Of a stretch of DNA of 64,000 nt, positions 25,975-39,364 are shown piece by piece. The first letter of the stretch is position 1. The number at the start of each line of letters is the position of its first letter. Origin of the DNA: Raja brachyura (lineage: Eukaryota); NCBI GenBank assembly GCA_963514005.1, contig OY740785.1, forward strand, positions 69,378,001 to 69,442,000. Reading direction: 5' to 3'. The notes beneath the pieces are model-generated. The model saw only the letters and a program-made list of their open reading frames with translations, did no database searches and had not been told where the DNA came from. A program made the translations under genes and the position numbers.

Positions 25975-26398
25975 TAACCCGAAACATCGCCTATCTCCTT
26001 CGCTCCTTAGATGCTGCTGCACACGCTGAGTTTCTCCAGCCTTTTGCGTACCCACACACACTTTGATTGGGAGAACACTCATATATTCCTATATTGTCAT
26101 TTATAATGGCATTTACAGAGTACTATGTTTACATATCAGTTGTGCTGCTGCAAGTGAGAATTTAATTGTTCTGTTTCAGGACATATGACAATAAAATTAT
26201 TTTGACTCTTGAACTGTTTAGATAATTACAACTCAGAGGGAGAGAAGAAATGGGTGAGATTTCTGGTCGAGGCCCTTCTTCAAACTCCTCAATGTCACCC
26301 ATTCCTTCTCTCCAGAGATGCTGCCTGGCCCGCTGAGTTTCTCTAGCATATTGTGACTATCTTCGGTTTAAACCAGCATCTGCAGTTCCTTCCTTCAC
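25975..26398. mobile_element. Penelope pseudo-LTR fragments (plus copy 25975-26053; inverted pair 26235-26398)
   Basis: acccgaaacatcgcctatctccttcgctcc...gctgagtttctccagc and tgtcacccattccttctctccagagatgctgcc...ccagcatctgcagttcc. Confidence 0.75.
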
Positions 26399-27667
26399 AT
26401 AAAGGGAGGGAGTTGAAAGAGAGTAGTGGAGAGAAAAGACTGCTAGGACTGCTGTGCAAAACATAGCATTTCCCCCCCTCTCAAACTGAAACAATGACTT
26501 TGTTTATGTTTCCACAGTTGTTGTCTCCTAACTGTATCTTCACTATCTTCTGATTTGTATTTCAGATTTCGAACGATAGGCAATTTTCGCTTTTCCCCAA
26601 CGATAGGCTAGTTTACCTTTAGTTTCCTGGTTTCTTTCTTTCCTTTTCTTAAATGGGGAGATGGTATTTGTTATTTTCCAATTCACTTGAATATTTTCAT
26701 CAACTTGGAATGATCAGAATCTAGAATCTTTGCAGACAGTCTTTTGAGATGCCTGGATGCAGGGCACCAGGATCGGGTAACTTGTCTGCCGTTAATCCCA
26801 TTACTTTGCGAGGTACCATTACTACACTGAGATTAATTGTTTCAAGTTGCTCCCTCCTTTTTGTCCTAGGTTTTTCTCCCATGATTGGGTTGATATTTGT
26901 GAATTTTGGTCTTTAGATTCCTGACAGCAAATGGGAAGTAATGGAACTCTGGGATATTTTCTCCTGATTCTCAGATTTATACTCTTGTCATTTTCATCCA
27001 GGGATATTACTTTCACTGCCAGCATGTCTGTTTGGAGAGTCTCCTAGCCTCATCAGTCTGTCTTTTCCTTCTTCAACCAGGCAACATCTGAAAAATATGG
27101 CCAGGCATTTCTCTTATTTCCCAAGCCTGATTGAGCTAGCGAATGATGCAAAGCCTGCTCTAACCATAGTGTATTTCCCCCTCGCGATATGCAGGCAAGC
27201 TTTAGGTTGTGCCAGATAGGAAAGAAAGCAAGCCTGCTGCTAATATGCGTTGGCTAGCTTTAAGCACTGCAAGTCACTAACAATATTGGGACCCCTGCTG
27301 ATGTGTCCAGGCAATGAACAGAACTGCGAGAGCAGGCTGCAGGCAACAGTCATTGTAATTAGCATGCAGCACACAGTTGGCACTCTGCCACATTCCACCC
27401 AACAGGCTTGGATTAGTCACACATCCAGTCTACCCACCCATTTTTCGAGGGCTAACCAATTTATAGCCCAGGGTGCCTGATAGCTGACGCAAGATGTACA
27501 GCTGAGACATCTTTTCCAGTTCCTTATGAGCTGAAAGACACAGAACTTAACCACATTATAATGTCACTGTTTATCATTCTGGGAGTATGTAGATAATAGT
27601 CATTTGATGCTTTGAATTTTAACAGTGAGCTCCTTTGTTATTACACCCACATCCGCCTTCCACCTTA

Positions 27668-27946
27668 GGGCATCACAGTGGTGCAACAGTAGAGTTGCTA
27701 TCTTACAGCGTCATAGACCCAAGTTTGATCCTGACCTTGGAGTTTTTATGTTCTCCCTGTGACCGACCGCATGGATTTTCTCCAGGTGCTCTGGTTTCCT
27801 CCCACATTACAAGGACATGCAGGTATGTAGGTTAATTTGCTTTTGTAAATTGTCCCTCGTGTGTAGGATAGAACTTGAGTATGGGTGATCGCTAGCCGGC
27901 GCTGACTCGGTGGGTCGAAGAGTCTATGTCCATGCTGTATCTCTAA
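27668..27946 (+). mobile_element. HE1-like SINE
   Basis: tRNA-like head (gtggtgcaacagtagag; gtttgatcc), V-domain (ggattttctccaggtgctctggtttcctcccaca), tail ctgtatctctaa. Confidence 0.85.
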
Positions 27947-28472
27947 GATGAAACCCAATTCTTTCATGAGAATAATAAGTAAATAAGTAATTGCTTGAAA
28001 CTCCTTTTTGGGTTTTGTTTGAAATACATAATAAAAAAGAAATTGTTGAAAGATTTATTTCACTTAATGAAGCAATATTCATGATAATTCACAGTAGTTC
28101 ATTGAGATTCATAATATTAATATGCATATTTAATTATTGAAAATTTACAGAAGTATGTTCCCTTTAATTTCTTTATCATGGTTGATGGAACATTTGCTGT
28201 ACATTAATGCCATTAAATATTACATTTGACCTTTAAAAATTACATTAAGGAAAGGAAAGAGCATTTGATAAGGATGAAAAATATGCCCAGCTGTATCGTG
28301 TCCATTGGTGTCCTCCAGCATTGCTCACACCTGATTCTCAGTGGAATTGTGGGTGACACTTCAGTTGCATATGTGGGTTGCTCACTTTGGTTATCCCACT
28401 GGACATATATGCTCCATGAACAGTAAGTTTATTCAATCCCCCTTATGGTGAATACTTAAAAAAACATATATA

Positions 28473-28590
28473 TGTGTAGGAAGGAACTGCAGATGCTGGT
28501 TTACACCATTTTCAGTCGTCACCCACTTCTTCTCTCCAGAGATGCTGCCTGTCCCGCTGAGTTACTCTCACATTTTGTGTCTATCTTTGA
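28473..28590. mobile_element. Penelope pseudo-LTR inverted fragments
   Basis: aggaactgcagatgctgg joined to cgtcacccacttcttctctccagagatgctgcctgtcccgctgagttactc. Confidence 0.7.
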
Positions 28591-28799
28591 TTTTATGTGT
28601 TTTGGATCCAACATTTGGGCCTATGAGAATCTCCACTCATAATGTTACCCAACACAAGAAAGTTGCATCCTTTCTGAAGCCTTGCAATATGTCATGACTG
28701 AGGGAATCAATGCCCTCCCTCTCTTCACCTTGATTATCATTTGTTTTATATCAGATGGGCAGCAATTATATTGATGTCAAAACGACCATGAGGTTATCA

Positions 28800-29590
28800 C
28801 AAATTAAGATACTCTGGTATAATTCAAATGTTGTCTCCTTACCCACGAAAGGATATACTTGTAATACTTGGAATACTTAGAAAAGGCATGCAGTCTGATT
28901 TCATGAATGGCAGAACTACCATATGAGGAGTGATTCAGTCAACTCGGTTTATATTCACCAAAGTTAGTAAGAATGTAAGAGGCTAACGGAATCAAGGGAT
29001 ATGGGGAGATAACAGGAACGGGGTACTGATTTAGGATGATCAGCCATGATCATATTGAATGGCGGTGCTGGCACGAAAGGCCGAATGGCCTACTCCTGCA
29101 CCTATTTTCTATGTTTCTAATAGGGGATCTAAACTTGTGACTGGGTGCGACAAACTGGATGCAGAACAGATCTTTCTCCAGACTGGGCGATCTTGAGTGA
29201 GAGGTCATGGTCTCAGAATATTTGGCAAGATATTTAGAACTGGAAAGAGAAGCAATTTATTTACTCTGAGGGCAGAGCAGGTGGACATTTGTTCCAACGA
29301 GGCCAAGTTGCTGAATTTATTTGAGGAGGTAGTTAACTTTTTAGATGCAAAATGCTTCGTAGAGAGAGCAGAAATGTGGTATAGAACCATAGAACATAGA
29401 AACATAGAAAAATAGGTGCAGGAAAAGGCCATTCGGCCCTTCAAGCCAGCACCGCCATTCAATATGATCATGGCTGATCATCTGAAATCAGTACCCCATT
29501 CCTGCTCTTACTACATATCCCATGATTCCTTTAGCCCTAGGAGCTAAATTTAGGTATTGAGGTAGATTATCAGCCATGATCGTACTGAAT
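28800..29590. mobile_element. Old CR1 3' region with two younger CR1 3' ends nested (plus ~28980-29118; minus ~29385-29550)
   Basis: Tails ctatgtttcta and atagaacatagaaacatagaaaaataggtgcagg interrupt a decayed RGHGLRIFG...R.NLFT segment. Confidence 0.75.
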
Positions 29591-30624
29591 TGGGGAGACA
29601 GTTTAGTTTAGTTTATTATTGTCACATGTACCGAGGTACAATGAAAAGATTTTTGTTTGAAGGTTGTTTGAAAGGCCAACGCCCGCAGTCTCAGCCTCGG
29701 GTCCATGGGCCAGTTGAAGATGTGACCACCTATAGAGATGTATTCAGAAATTTGTTTCTACGTTATATGTGATTTGCCCTTCACTGTCTTCCAGGTTCTT
29801 GTAAAATAAAATTATTTTGATGTAGCGAGTTGCTATACTGTTTAATTAACTTTAGGAAATTGTGTCAAGGCATTTCTAGAAGAAACTCCATATAAATAAA
29901 TAAATAATAATAAGTATTTTTCTGAAAAAACATAAATTAATGCACGGAAAGCTGGCTGAAAACACAGACGTGTGTGTGAACTATAAGATGTAAATACAGT
30001 GCGTATTGTGGTCTAGGAAGTGATAACTATGACTGGAGGGCTATGTTTGCAAAACATTTCTGAATCCAGAACCAGTTTGCCCACATAACAACTTTGAGTT
30101 TGCTTCAAAGTAACTCATTGTTAATTGTTTCTGAGAGATTTGATAAGGTGCCATTTCAATATGCCAATGTTTCTTTTAGTTTAACTGCATGAGTTTTAAA
30201 ATGTCAATAAAATGGACACCAATAAAATGGTGGGTTTTTTTCATTTTTCTTATTACTTTTAGGTTATACATTTGTTTATGTTGTATTTCTGAGGACATTA
30301 ACAATCTGCTCATTAATATCTCAACCTAAGTTCATTTTGTAAATTGACTTTGTGGTGTGAACAATTATGATTAAGAATGCCGCATCTACTCACTGTTTAT
30401 AATCTGCCAAAGCAGTGGTAGTCTATTGCTCCTGCTGAACAAAAAAACCTCTGCCATATACTTCAGCAGTCCTTCATGATTTGTTGCTTCTCTGAGTTTT
30501 ATAAATTCAGATGATTGATGAGGCCAATGTGGGAACCACTGAATCTTCCAAAGATGGTGCAAGGGATGTCTGACAAGGTACACCTGTTGGACAGAGCATG
30601 GGCATGTGTACTTCATTTGCTTAC

Positions 30625-30812
30625 AAATTAACCTACAATTAAACTACAAACCTGCATGTCTTTGGAATGTGGGAGGAAAACGGAACTCCTAGAGAGAAAC
30701 CATGCGGTCAGAGGGAGAACGGCAGAGGGAGAACGCACAAACTTTGCACAGGCATCACCCATAGCGGATCTCTGGTGCTGTGAGGCAGCTGCTCTACCAC
30801 CATGCCATTGTG
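30625..30812 (-). mobile_element. HE1-like SINE fragment
   Basis: acaaacctgcatgtctttggaatgtgggaggaaaacgg...gaggcagctgctctaccacc. Confidence 0.75.
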
Positions 30813-31206
30813 CTAAACTTTTGATAAACTTTGTTCTATTTTACTGTAAAATCAGCAGACTTTTATTTATTTATGAACAATATTTTAAATCATAACCTCT
30901 GCAAAAATCCACAAGAAACACAAAATTATTTTTAAAAGCAGTTAAGTCTATAAATTATGATGCATGCAGTTACTGATTAATAATATTTAGTTTGGCAAAG
31001 AAGTCAGTCGATTGGGGACCCACACCCTGGCCACTCCCTGTTCTCCTCTCTCCCATCAGGAAAAAATGTTTAGGAGTGTGAAAATGCACACTTCCAGATT
31101 CAGGAACAGTTTCTTCTCTGCTGTTATCAGGCAAACGGAATCACCCTTCCACAACCAGAGAGCAGTGCTGAACTACTAACTACCTCTTTGGTGTCCCTCG
31201 GACTAT

Positions 31207-32724
31207 CCTTCGGCTCTTGGGGGGGTCACGTGTCCCGGTGATGAGAGGTAGGTGTCACGGCGTGGTCACGGGTGCCCCTGGGGAGTATTTAAGGGTTAAT
31301 CGCGCACGCACGGGGTTGGTGAGTGAGGAGAATTAGTGTAGTAATACAGAACAAGATTTTCGGACAAACTTCGTGTCTGCCTCGTTCTTTAACGGAAAAC
31401 ACCGTGTCCGCTACATTTGACGTCCAGAATAGATATTCTGGAAGAGAAAATGTGCCGCGCCAGAACCCAACACTTCGCCACCGCCGATGATGACCAGGCC
31501 CAACTCAGCGCCATCGCCCTGAAGCTGCCGATCTTCTGGACTGGCCAGCTGCAGGTATGGTTCCAGCAGGCTGAGTCACAATTCTTCGTTCGCAGGGTAA
31601 CAAAGGATGAGACCCACAACCATTATGTGGTCGGCGCGCTCGACGAGGAAACGGCCGGGCGATTCATCCCCTTCCTGCAGGATCCACCAGCGGCCGAAAA
31701 TATGGCGGCCTGAAGGCGTTGCTGCTCCATACCTTCGGCCACAGTCGGATGGAGCGAGCAACCCGCATTTACAACATGGGCGGGCTCGGCGACTGTAAAT
31801 CATCGGCCCTAATGAGCGAGATGTTCTTGCTCGTGGACGGCCACCACCATTGCATGCTCTTCCAGTATGCCTACATGGCACAGCTTCCAGACGACATGTA
31901 TCCGCTCCTCGCAGGGGTAAGTTTTGAAATCCCCCGGGCTCTAGTGGAGTGTGCCGACGAGCTGTGGCTGTCCAGATAGCAGGAAGTGGGCACGCTGGAT
32001 CGGGTGCCCACAGTGCCCAGGAAGGCGCAGAGGCCTAGAGCCACGCCCACCATGGGCTCCACAGAGCACCTGGAGCCTGCATTAAAGGGGAAGTCCTTAA
32101 CGGGGAGTGGGGCTTTTACCACCAGCATTGGGGCTCGGCGGCTCGCCAATGCCGCCCACCCTGTGCGTTTCTGGTGTGCCGTCGGAGCTGTGGTCAGCAA
32201 TGGCTCGCCTGTTGGGGGCTCAGCTCCACCATTCAACGGCCTATCACACCCAATCGAATGGGTTGGTGGAACGTTTCTACCGCCAGCTTAAGGACCCTTT
32301 GAAGACTCGCCTCACCGATCCCAGTTGGATGCACGAGTTGCTGTGGATCCTGCTGGGGATTCACACCGCCCCAAAGGAGGACTTGCAGGCTTCATTATCC
32401 GAGTTGGTTTACGGCGTTCCCCTTACCGTGCCCGGGGAGATGACATCTGGGGGGTAATATGGCGGCATCGGGTGGTGGACCATGCACTGTACATAACCTT
32501 TGGCTCTTGGGGTGGGGGGGGGGGGGGGGGGGAGTTACGTGTCCCGGTGATGAGAGGTGGGAATCATGGTGTGGTCACGGGTGCCCCTGGGGAGTATTTG
32601 AGGGTCAATCGCACCTGCACGGGGTTGGTGAGTGAGGAGAATTAGTGTGGTACTAAAGAACAAGAATTTCGGACAAACTTCGTGTCTGCCTCATTCTTTA
32701 ATGGACAACACAGCGTCCGCTACA
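31207..32724 (+). mobile_element. Internally deleted Ty3/Gypsy LTR retrotransposon
   Basis: Direct LTRs 31207-31415 (left-truncated) and 32458-32724, both ending CCGCTACA; G-rich PPT tctggggggt before the 3' LTR; gag LKLPIFW...VWFQQAESQF and knuckle FYHQHWG.AARQCRPPC; integrase piece TAYHTQSNGLVERFYRQLK...APKEDLQAS.SELVYG. Confidence 0.92.
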
Positions 32725-32859
32725 CTATCAATATTTATCTTATCAGTTAGCTCTTTTATTTAAGGATTAGGATATATGCATAATCAATGAATCTGTTGAA
32801 AAAAATGTCCTATTTTGTTCTATTACATGTATATTATTTCTTAGGATATTGGATTGGTT

Positions 32860-33110
32860 TTAACTCAGTAGATACATTGTCACCTTTATAATAAAGCTGT
32901 ATCCCAAATTGCAGCACATTATCGGATTCATACCTCAATACAGGACTATGAGCGCACTCTGTGCAGGTGTATGCCTTGTGGTTCAACTATTAAAATGAGG
33001 AATATCTGTCAATTTAAGTTGTAGTTAAAAAACAACTTATTCAATGAGCCATGAAGTTCTTCAACTATTTTGACCAAAATTTATCCTTAAACATACATCC
33101 CCAAAGATAA
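32860..33110 (+). mobile_element. Highly decayed DeuSINE-like (SacSINE1/LmeSINE1/AmnSINE1 group) relic
   Basis: Ordered degenerate blocks actcagtag, gcacattatc...aatacaggactatgag, tattaaaatgagg, gaagttctt...tgaccaaaatttatcctt resemble the family as I recall it. Confidence 0.38.
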
Positions 33111-33747
33111 TTATTATTTATAACTGGTTGTTCTACACATCGCCTTGGTCAATGTTGTTGACATGCATGACTGTTAAAAATAATGTGATGCATGAAGCTT
33201 CTATTTTGGGCAAGTTATTTCTGCCCCAAGCTAATTATTTACTATTTTTCTTTTATTATATAAATACTGTAACTAATATTCATCTCTTTAACAGATGGAT
33301 TATTACTACATCCCTCTCACTAACCCTTTTTGAGGCGCTCCAGGCTGATCAATTCTTGGCATAAGTTTATTTAAGTCACCATTGATTGCTTGAATTCCAC
33401 TGTATTTCCTTCTCTGTTGTCATGAACGTATTTCAGTTGCCATGTGTCAGTTGTCATAGTTGTTTCTTTTCTTTCCTGATTATCCATCCCCATGCTGAAA
33501 AATTGTTTTGAAATATCGGTGCAAGATCAGTTATGATAAAATGATCAAAGCAGGAGCACGTATTTGTTCTAAATGTTCTACTGGCTGCCTCTATTAATAC
33601 TAAGGTGTTATATAGCAACTGGAAATGTGCAAAGTGAACTGTGCAAAGCCAGCATTGACAACTCTGACGTACACCTTACAGCTATTTGATTTCTGAATTT
33701 CACACAGTTCATTGCATATTTACTCATGGCATAGAATCCTGTTGAGC

Positions 33748-34138
33748 AGGGGATCTTATTGAAACATATAAGATTATTAAGGGATTGGACACGCTAGAGG
33801 CAGGAAACATGTTCCCGGTGTTGGGGGGGGGGGGGACCAGAACCTGGGGCTACAGTTTAAGAATAAGGGGTAGGCCATTTAGAACGGAGATGAGGAAAAA
33901 CGTTTTCATCCAGGGAGTTGTGAATCTGTGGAATTCTCTGCCTCAGAAGGCAATGGAGGCCGGTTCTCTAAATGCTTTCAAGAGAGAGTTAGATAGAGCT
34001 CTTAAAGATAGCAGAGTCAGGGAATATGGTGAGAAGGCAGGAACGGGGTACTGAATGTGGATGATCGGCCATGATCTCAGTGAGTGGCGGTGCTGGCTCA
34101 AAGGGCGGAATGTCCTACTCCTGCACCAATTGTCTATT
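33748..34138 (+). mobile_element. CR1 LINE 3' end
   Basis: ORF 33785-34054 NLWNSLPQKAMEAGSLNAFKRELDRAL..EYGEKAGTGY* plus CR1 3' UTR. Confidence 0.92.
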
Positions 34139-34649
34139 GCCCTGTGTTTCCCCCTTCCCTCTTAACCAACACAGTTGAAGGGAGCACCAACTAGTTGTGG
34201 GTTCATTGCTGTTTGATTTCTACCAGCTATTGTTCTACAAGGATAGTTTTCCAGATTCCTTTGAATTTATTGGTCTAAAAGCAGTGGTGAACCAGCAGCT
34301 GACTGTCTTGGCCTTAATTTCCAGCTTCTTCACAAAGTGATTGCTTCTGAACATTACCGCATGTTTTTTGCACATTTTTTGGGAACAATTTAAACGATCA
34401 CCTCTTCAAAGGTTGATTGCCTTAAGAGCACAGTTATATATATATATAAATATTGGCTTACCCCAAGCCTCCATCTTTGCTCCACCTACCTGTTATTTTT
34501 TAATTGCTTTGGACATAAGGCATAAATGCAGAGACACCTGACAGCAGCCATTATCCACAAACAAGGAGCTCCTGCAGTTCCTTGAGCTACCCATCTCATA
34601 TGTTGCCCTGGATCCTTTTCCAGCAGCTTCAACTCCATAACACTGATAT

Positions 34650-34957
34650 TAGTTTAGTTTAGAGATACAGTGTGGAAACAGGCCCTTCGGCCCACTGAGT
34701 CTGCGTCGACCAGCAATCCCTGCATATTAACACTATCTAGGGACAATTTTTACATGTATACCAAGCCAATTTACTTACATACTTGTACGTTTTTGGAGTG
34801 TGGGAGGAAACTGAAGATCTCGGAGAAAATCCACGCAGGTCAAGGGGAGAACATACAAACTCCGTACTGACAGCACTCGTAGTCAGGATCGAACCCGGGT
34901 CTCCAGTGCTGCAAGCGCTGTAAGGCAGCAACTCTATCGCTGCACCACCGTGCCGCG
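34650..34957 (-). mobile_element. HE1-like SINE, full length
   Basis: Reverse strand: gcggcacggtggtgcagcgatagagttgctgcc, B box GGTTCGATCC, V-domain, (CTAAA)n tail. Confidence 0.9.
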
Positions 34958-36083
34958 CTTGTTTAAAACATTTTTGTAACTTTTTGGGGCTCGCGTGTAA
35001 ACTCATTTAATTATTTTTTAATTTGCAAACTGTGTAAAATAATATGTAGCTTTGCAATTGTCCTTAATTATGAACAGATCTTTTTAATCCAAAATGTCTT
35101 CCTCACAAGGCTCCTTTTCTTTCATATGTAATATCAATTGGTTTTGTGGTATAACTCCCAGCACAAAGATTTAAACCCCAATCAAGTAAATCGAGCATCA
35201 CTGTACCTTAATTAGTACATGTGACAATTAAATACCCTTTGAAGTAATTGTTTAAGAAAGAACTGCAGATGCTGGAAAAGTCGAAGGTAGACAGAAAGTG
35301 CTGGAGAAACTCAGCGGGTGAGGCAGCATCTATGATTCACCATTTTGAGGAAGCCGTTCTTACATGTTGCACCTTTGAACATTTTTATATTCAATTAATC
35401 TAGGGATGAGGCCTTCTTTCATCCAAAGTTGCACATAACCTCAAATCAGTCTTCCAGCAAATTAACTTTAAGGTCCTTACTGTCTTCTCTGGCTTCATTT
35501 CGGACAAATTGAGCAATCTTCTTCATCCACATATGTCAACCTGCATCTTCTTTTATCTTGAATGGGCTGATTATTCTTCATTTATCCAGTCCACTGCCAA
35601 AGGCTGCTCTTTCAGCCATTGTTCAAAGGAACTCCCATTTTAAACCTTGTTGCATGGCTGCTTTCTCCCTGCTGTCTAAAATATTCTCAAGAACCAGAAT
35701 TTCTCTACTGCCTCCTCCTCATTCTTATATTGAATTCTTAACTTCCGGTTAAAATTTACTCCGACCTGTTACCTGAGGAGCAACACCAGAAATATGGTGG
35801 AGAAGAAATACCAATTCATTTACACTGTCTCTTTAGAGATGAATGCGTACATCAGAAAAATGTTCTTTGGATGAAATTCCATCAGAATCGACAAGTTGCC
35901 AGAAAATGTAATAAATTGTAGAGAAGAAATTGTTAATCGAAGATAACTTAAAGGGTCCTTTACAGTACATATTGACAATGGCAAATGGAAGATTTTTGCC
36001 CTGCTGATCATTCTAATGACCTGCTGCATCATCGTTTATCAAAAAAATCATCTGGTTGTCTGTACCTTGTTTTTATGATACAG

Positions 36084-36161
36084 AATGATGAGCAGCCAGA
36101 GAAAAATAGAAACAAGGAGAAAAGACGAGGCAGGCCAGGGAGAAAACGCAAGCAAACAATG
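36084..36161 (+). CDS. DNMT3A: Internal coding exon of host gene, probably DNA (cytosine-5)-methyltransferase 3A, N-terminal basic exon (equivalent to human exon 3)
   Basis: Acceptor ttgtttttatgatacag|AAT and donor ATG|gtaagc; 78 nt, phase 0/0, purine-rich, no stop. Translation NDEQPEKNRNKEKRRGRPGRKRKQTM resembles human DNMT3A ...RKVGRPGRKRKHPP (recalled as a phase 0/0 exon ending just after RKRK). Single short exon, no other exon recognised, so identity is inferred. Confidence 0.62.
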
Positions 36162-39100
36162 GTAAGCACAGATCATATTGTTAAAATGTCCTATGATTTC
36201 ATATGACAAGCGAGTCCTCTGGTTGATGGTGGGGATGCACTAATGGGATATCACAATTCTTTTAAGAACATAAACTGTTTCGCTGCCTTTTTTCTTTCAA
36301 GTACCACATTTTTTTAACAGTCTTTGTCCAGTGACTGTACTATGTTTAGCCCCTGCTTTGTAATGCAGTTCATTTGTTAGTTGATTAACTACCTCAAATA
36401 ACCAGACATGGAAAACATAATATTTTTTATAGATGCTTCCGAGTGGCCCTTGGTAATTTTTCTATCTTAATCTTTGTTTACTTCATAAAATGTTGCTGTT
36501 TTCTTTTTTACCATAAATATGCTACTGTTTCCCCGAATATCTGCTCTCTTTTAAATCTAGTTTCAATCTTATAAGCTTCCATTCTGGAGTAGAAAGGCCA
36601 GTAAAATCTTCCACTAATTTGCTTTTGTACTAAACTCTTAGCTCTGCTTCAAAGTTTAGGGTCCATTTTCTCAAAAATCATTGAAAAAAATCTAAGTTCA
36701 TGATTTTAAGTACATTTATTTATATTATTACATAAAGCACACCAATAAAACCTGCCTATCCCGTCCAAATTTTTCATTCTGATATACCACAGCAAATGAT
36801 TTTCTCATTTGAGCGTGGGTACCAATTTAAGAGTAATTAGTACTGAATTATAGGTTGTGGAACCAGACTGATGCCATCCTCATACTTTTCAATGAGGGTA
36901 AATCACGCAGAGAGCAGCCTTTTCAACTGAGTGAACACAACCCTGAGATTTTCAAACTGTTTGCATCATTTATTTGCATTATATTTTGAAGACAAATAGG
37001 AAACATGTCATCAATGTTTCTTGTATCACAGGACACATTTAATGGCGTGCATCAATTATTTTAATTTGAGATTGATAATGCTACCTGTGGAAAACAGCAA
37101 AACTCAGACCTGTCAGGGACTGGATCTTCAGTGGCAAATACATTTGTATTGAGTTACAATAGCAGCTGGCAGGACCCAGTCCATGCTATTTTTGTCAATC
37201 TGTATGTTCTGCCATCCTTCTTATAAACTACACTGCACATTTGTGAATGACCCTCAAAGATAATCCACATTTATCTTTTCCACGTACAAATTAATTTGTT
37301 CAGAAAGATAGAAAGGACCATGTGGGTGTGGGTGGGTTTGTGTACTTAAGTACATGATTTAGCTGCCAACCTAACAATAAAAACTTAAATTATAGTTGTA
37401 AACAAAATGCTGTTTGTCTAAGAAAACACACAATAAAATACAGTAGATAGTAGAAACCTGTAAAATTCCTCCCCCCCCCACCTCCCCCCCCCATTTCAGA
37501 AAATGCGTAGAATGCACACCAATAAACAACAGTGGAGCGGGGAAGAGAGTTACAATTTCAGGTCAAAATGACCAGTCAGCATTGCAGTGGCTTTTGACTC
37601 TGTAAGTCTAAACTTTAGAGAATCATAACTTTTATCTTATTTCTTGGCAACTTGCCAGTTATGTTAGTACATTCATAACTATTTTCAGATTGATAACAAA
37701 TGGTAGTTTGCTTTCTGTAGTGCTAACACATCTTTCTATTAAATTGCTCACATGTGATGATTTCAGAAATTCTTTAGGAGTCATTAAAAGGTATCTTAAG
37801 AAGGAAATAATGTGCTTGAACCAAAGTTAGACATAAATTGTGGTCATTTCAAACTCAAAATGGTTTCTCTTTAGACACAAATGCCTGCTAACCATTTGAG
37901 TGTCTCCCACATGTTCTGTTATCTATTTTACTTGATTCATTTTTTATATATATATATGCTTCATCACATTCATTTGACTAGGTCAAATTTTGTGCATGAT
38001 TATTCAGATTATTGGTCTGGCAAGGTGGAATTGACCTGTCCATGTTATCTTGGATTACATTTCAAAACTGAGCACAATAACATTGACTAAGCCAACTTAG
38101 TAGGTTCAAATGGAGCATTGATGCATTTGGCTTTAAGTTGGCTCAAACCATACACTATTATTAAATCAGACGGTAAAACAGCATTGATATTTCAAATGTA
38201 CTATCTTTTCCTGTTAGGAACAATATTTGCTGTACTGCCAAATCACCGGATAAGCAAATGAGACAATTGCAATCAACTTGGTCACAAGTAGTAAATGTCT
38301 AGCTGAAGCTGTTGAGGTCCTCTTCTGATTTCAGTAATTTACCTTGTCAATTTTAGCAGGTTATGCAAATGAAATATCAGGACAATATATACTTCATCAT
38401 ATGAGTTGTAATAATAATTTATAATTATGAGAATTGTGTTTATCATTGCAGATAAAAGGTAAGCATTAATTTTTAAGTTCATGTTTCATGAAAACTTAGT
38501 TACTGATAAATCTTGCAAAAATATTAGGAATGAAAATAGAAAAAAAGTACAAGTTTAAAAACTGAGAAAATGTCAACTAATAGTATTGGTTCGTGTGACA
38601 GTTCGTCAGTTGCACCATCAATTCTTGCTTTACTTCAGTGCACATTCATTAACTAAATAAATAATCATTAAGAATACATATAAACAGAAGCGTTTTAAAC
38701 ATTGGACAGGAAAAAGTGCATCTGTGACATTGTCTCACTGTGAAGATTAGCTTTGCTTTAGTAGCACATATTTTTGAGCTTGTATATAAATAACCTCTCA
38801 TTTGTGGTTTCATTTTGGCAAACATTTCTATGTCTTTTCTGGTTTCCGGTAATTTAGTGCCCAAAACTACACAAATAATCCCATCTGTGGCTTGGCTAAT
38901 GTCATAAAGAAATGTTAAATTGCTTCTTGCTTTTTAGACCCTCTGTATAAAATCCCATTATTTTATTGGTCTTCATGGCTCATTGAGTTGAATGATCAGT
39001 TGAAGAATCTATATATATGTTTCCATAGATCCTTCTGATCCCTTGCTCATCAGTGTTATTATTTAGTGAACATGTTTTATCCAAGTTCTTTTTCTTCCAA

Positions 39101-39364
39101 AATGGCCGCTTCATTTTTTTTGTTCTGAACTATGTTCCCATTCCTGATTTCTTTTGTCCTACAGTCACACACATTCCTCTTCAAGTTGCTTTAATCACTG
39201 ATTTAGTATGAATACCAAATTCCACTGATTCACTTATTCCAAAACCAGAGTAAAATAAGAGGACTGATACTTTTCCACATGCAGTCATTGACGGCAGCAT
39301 TAATTCTCCGATCTGTTCTGCTTGTACCATATGTGATTTATCCTGAATCTCTTTCCATCATTCA

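Noticed and set aside
38452-38458. 7-nt AG..GT segment (ttgcag|ATAAAAG|gtaagc)
   Set aside because: Frame-shifting length and no supporting evidence.
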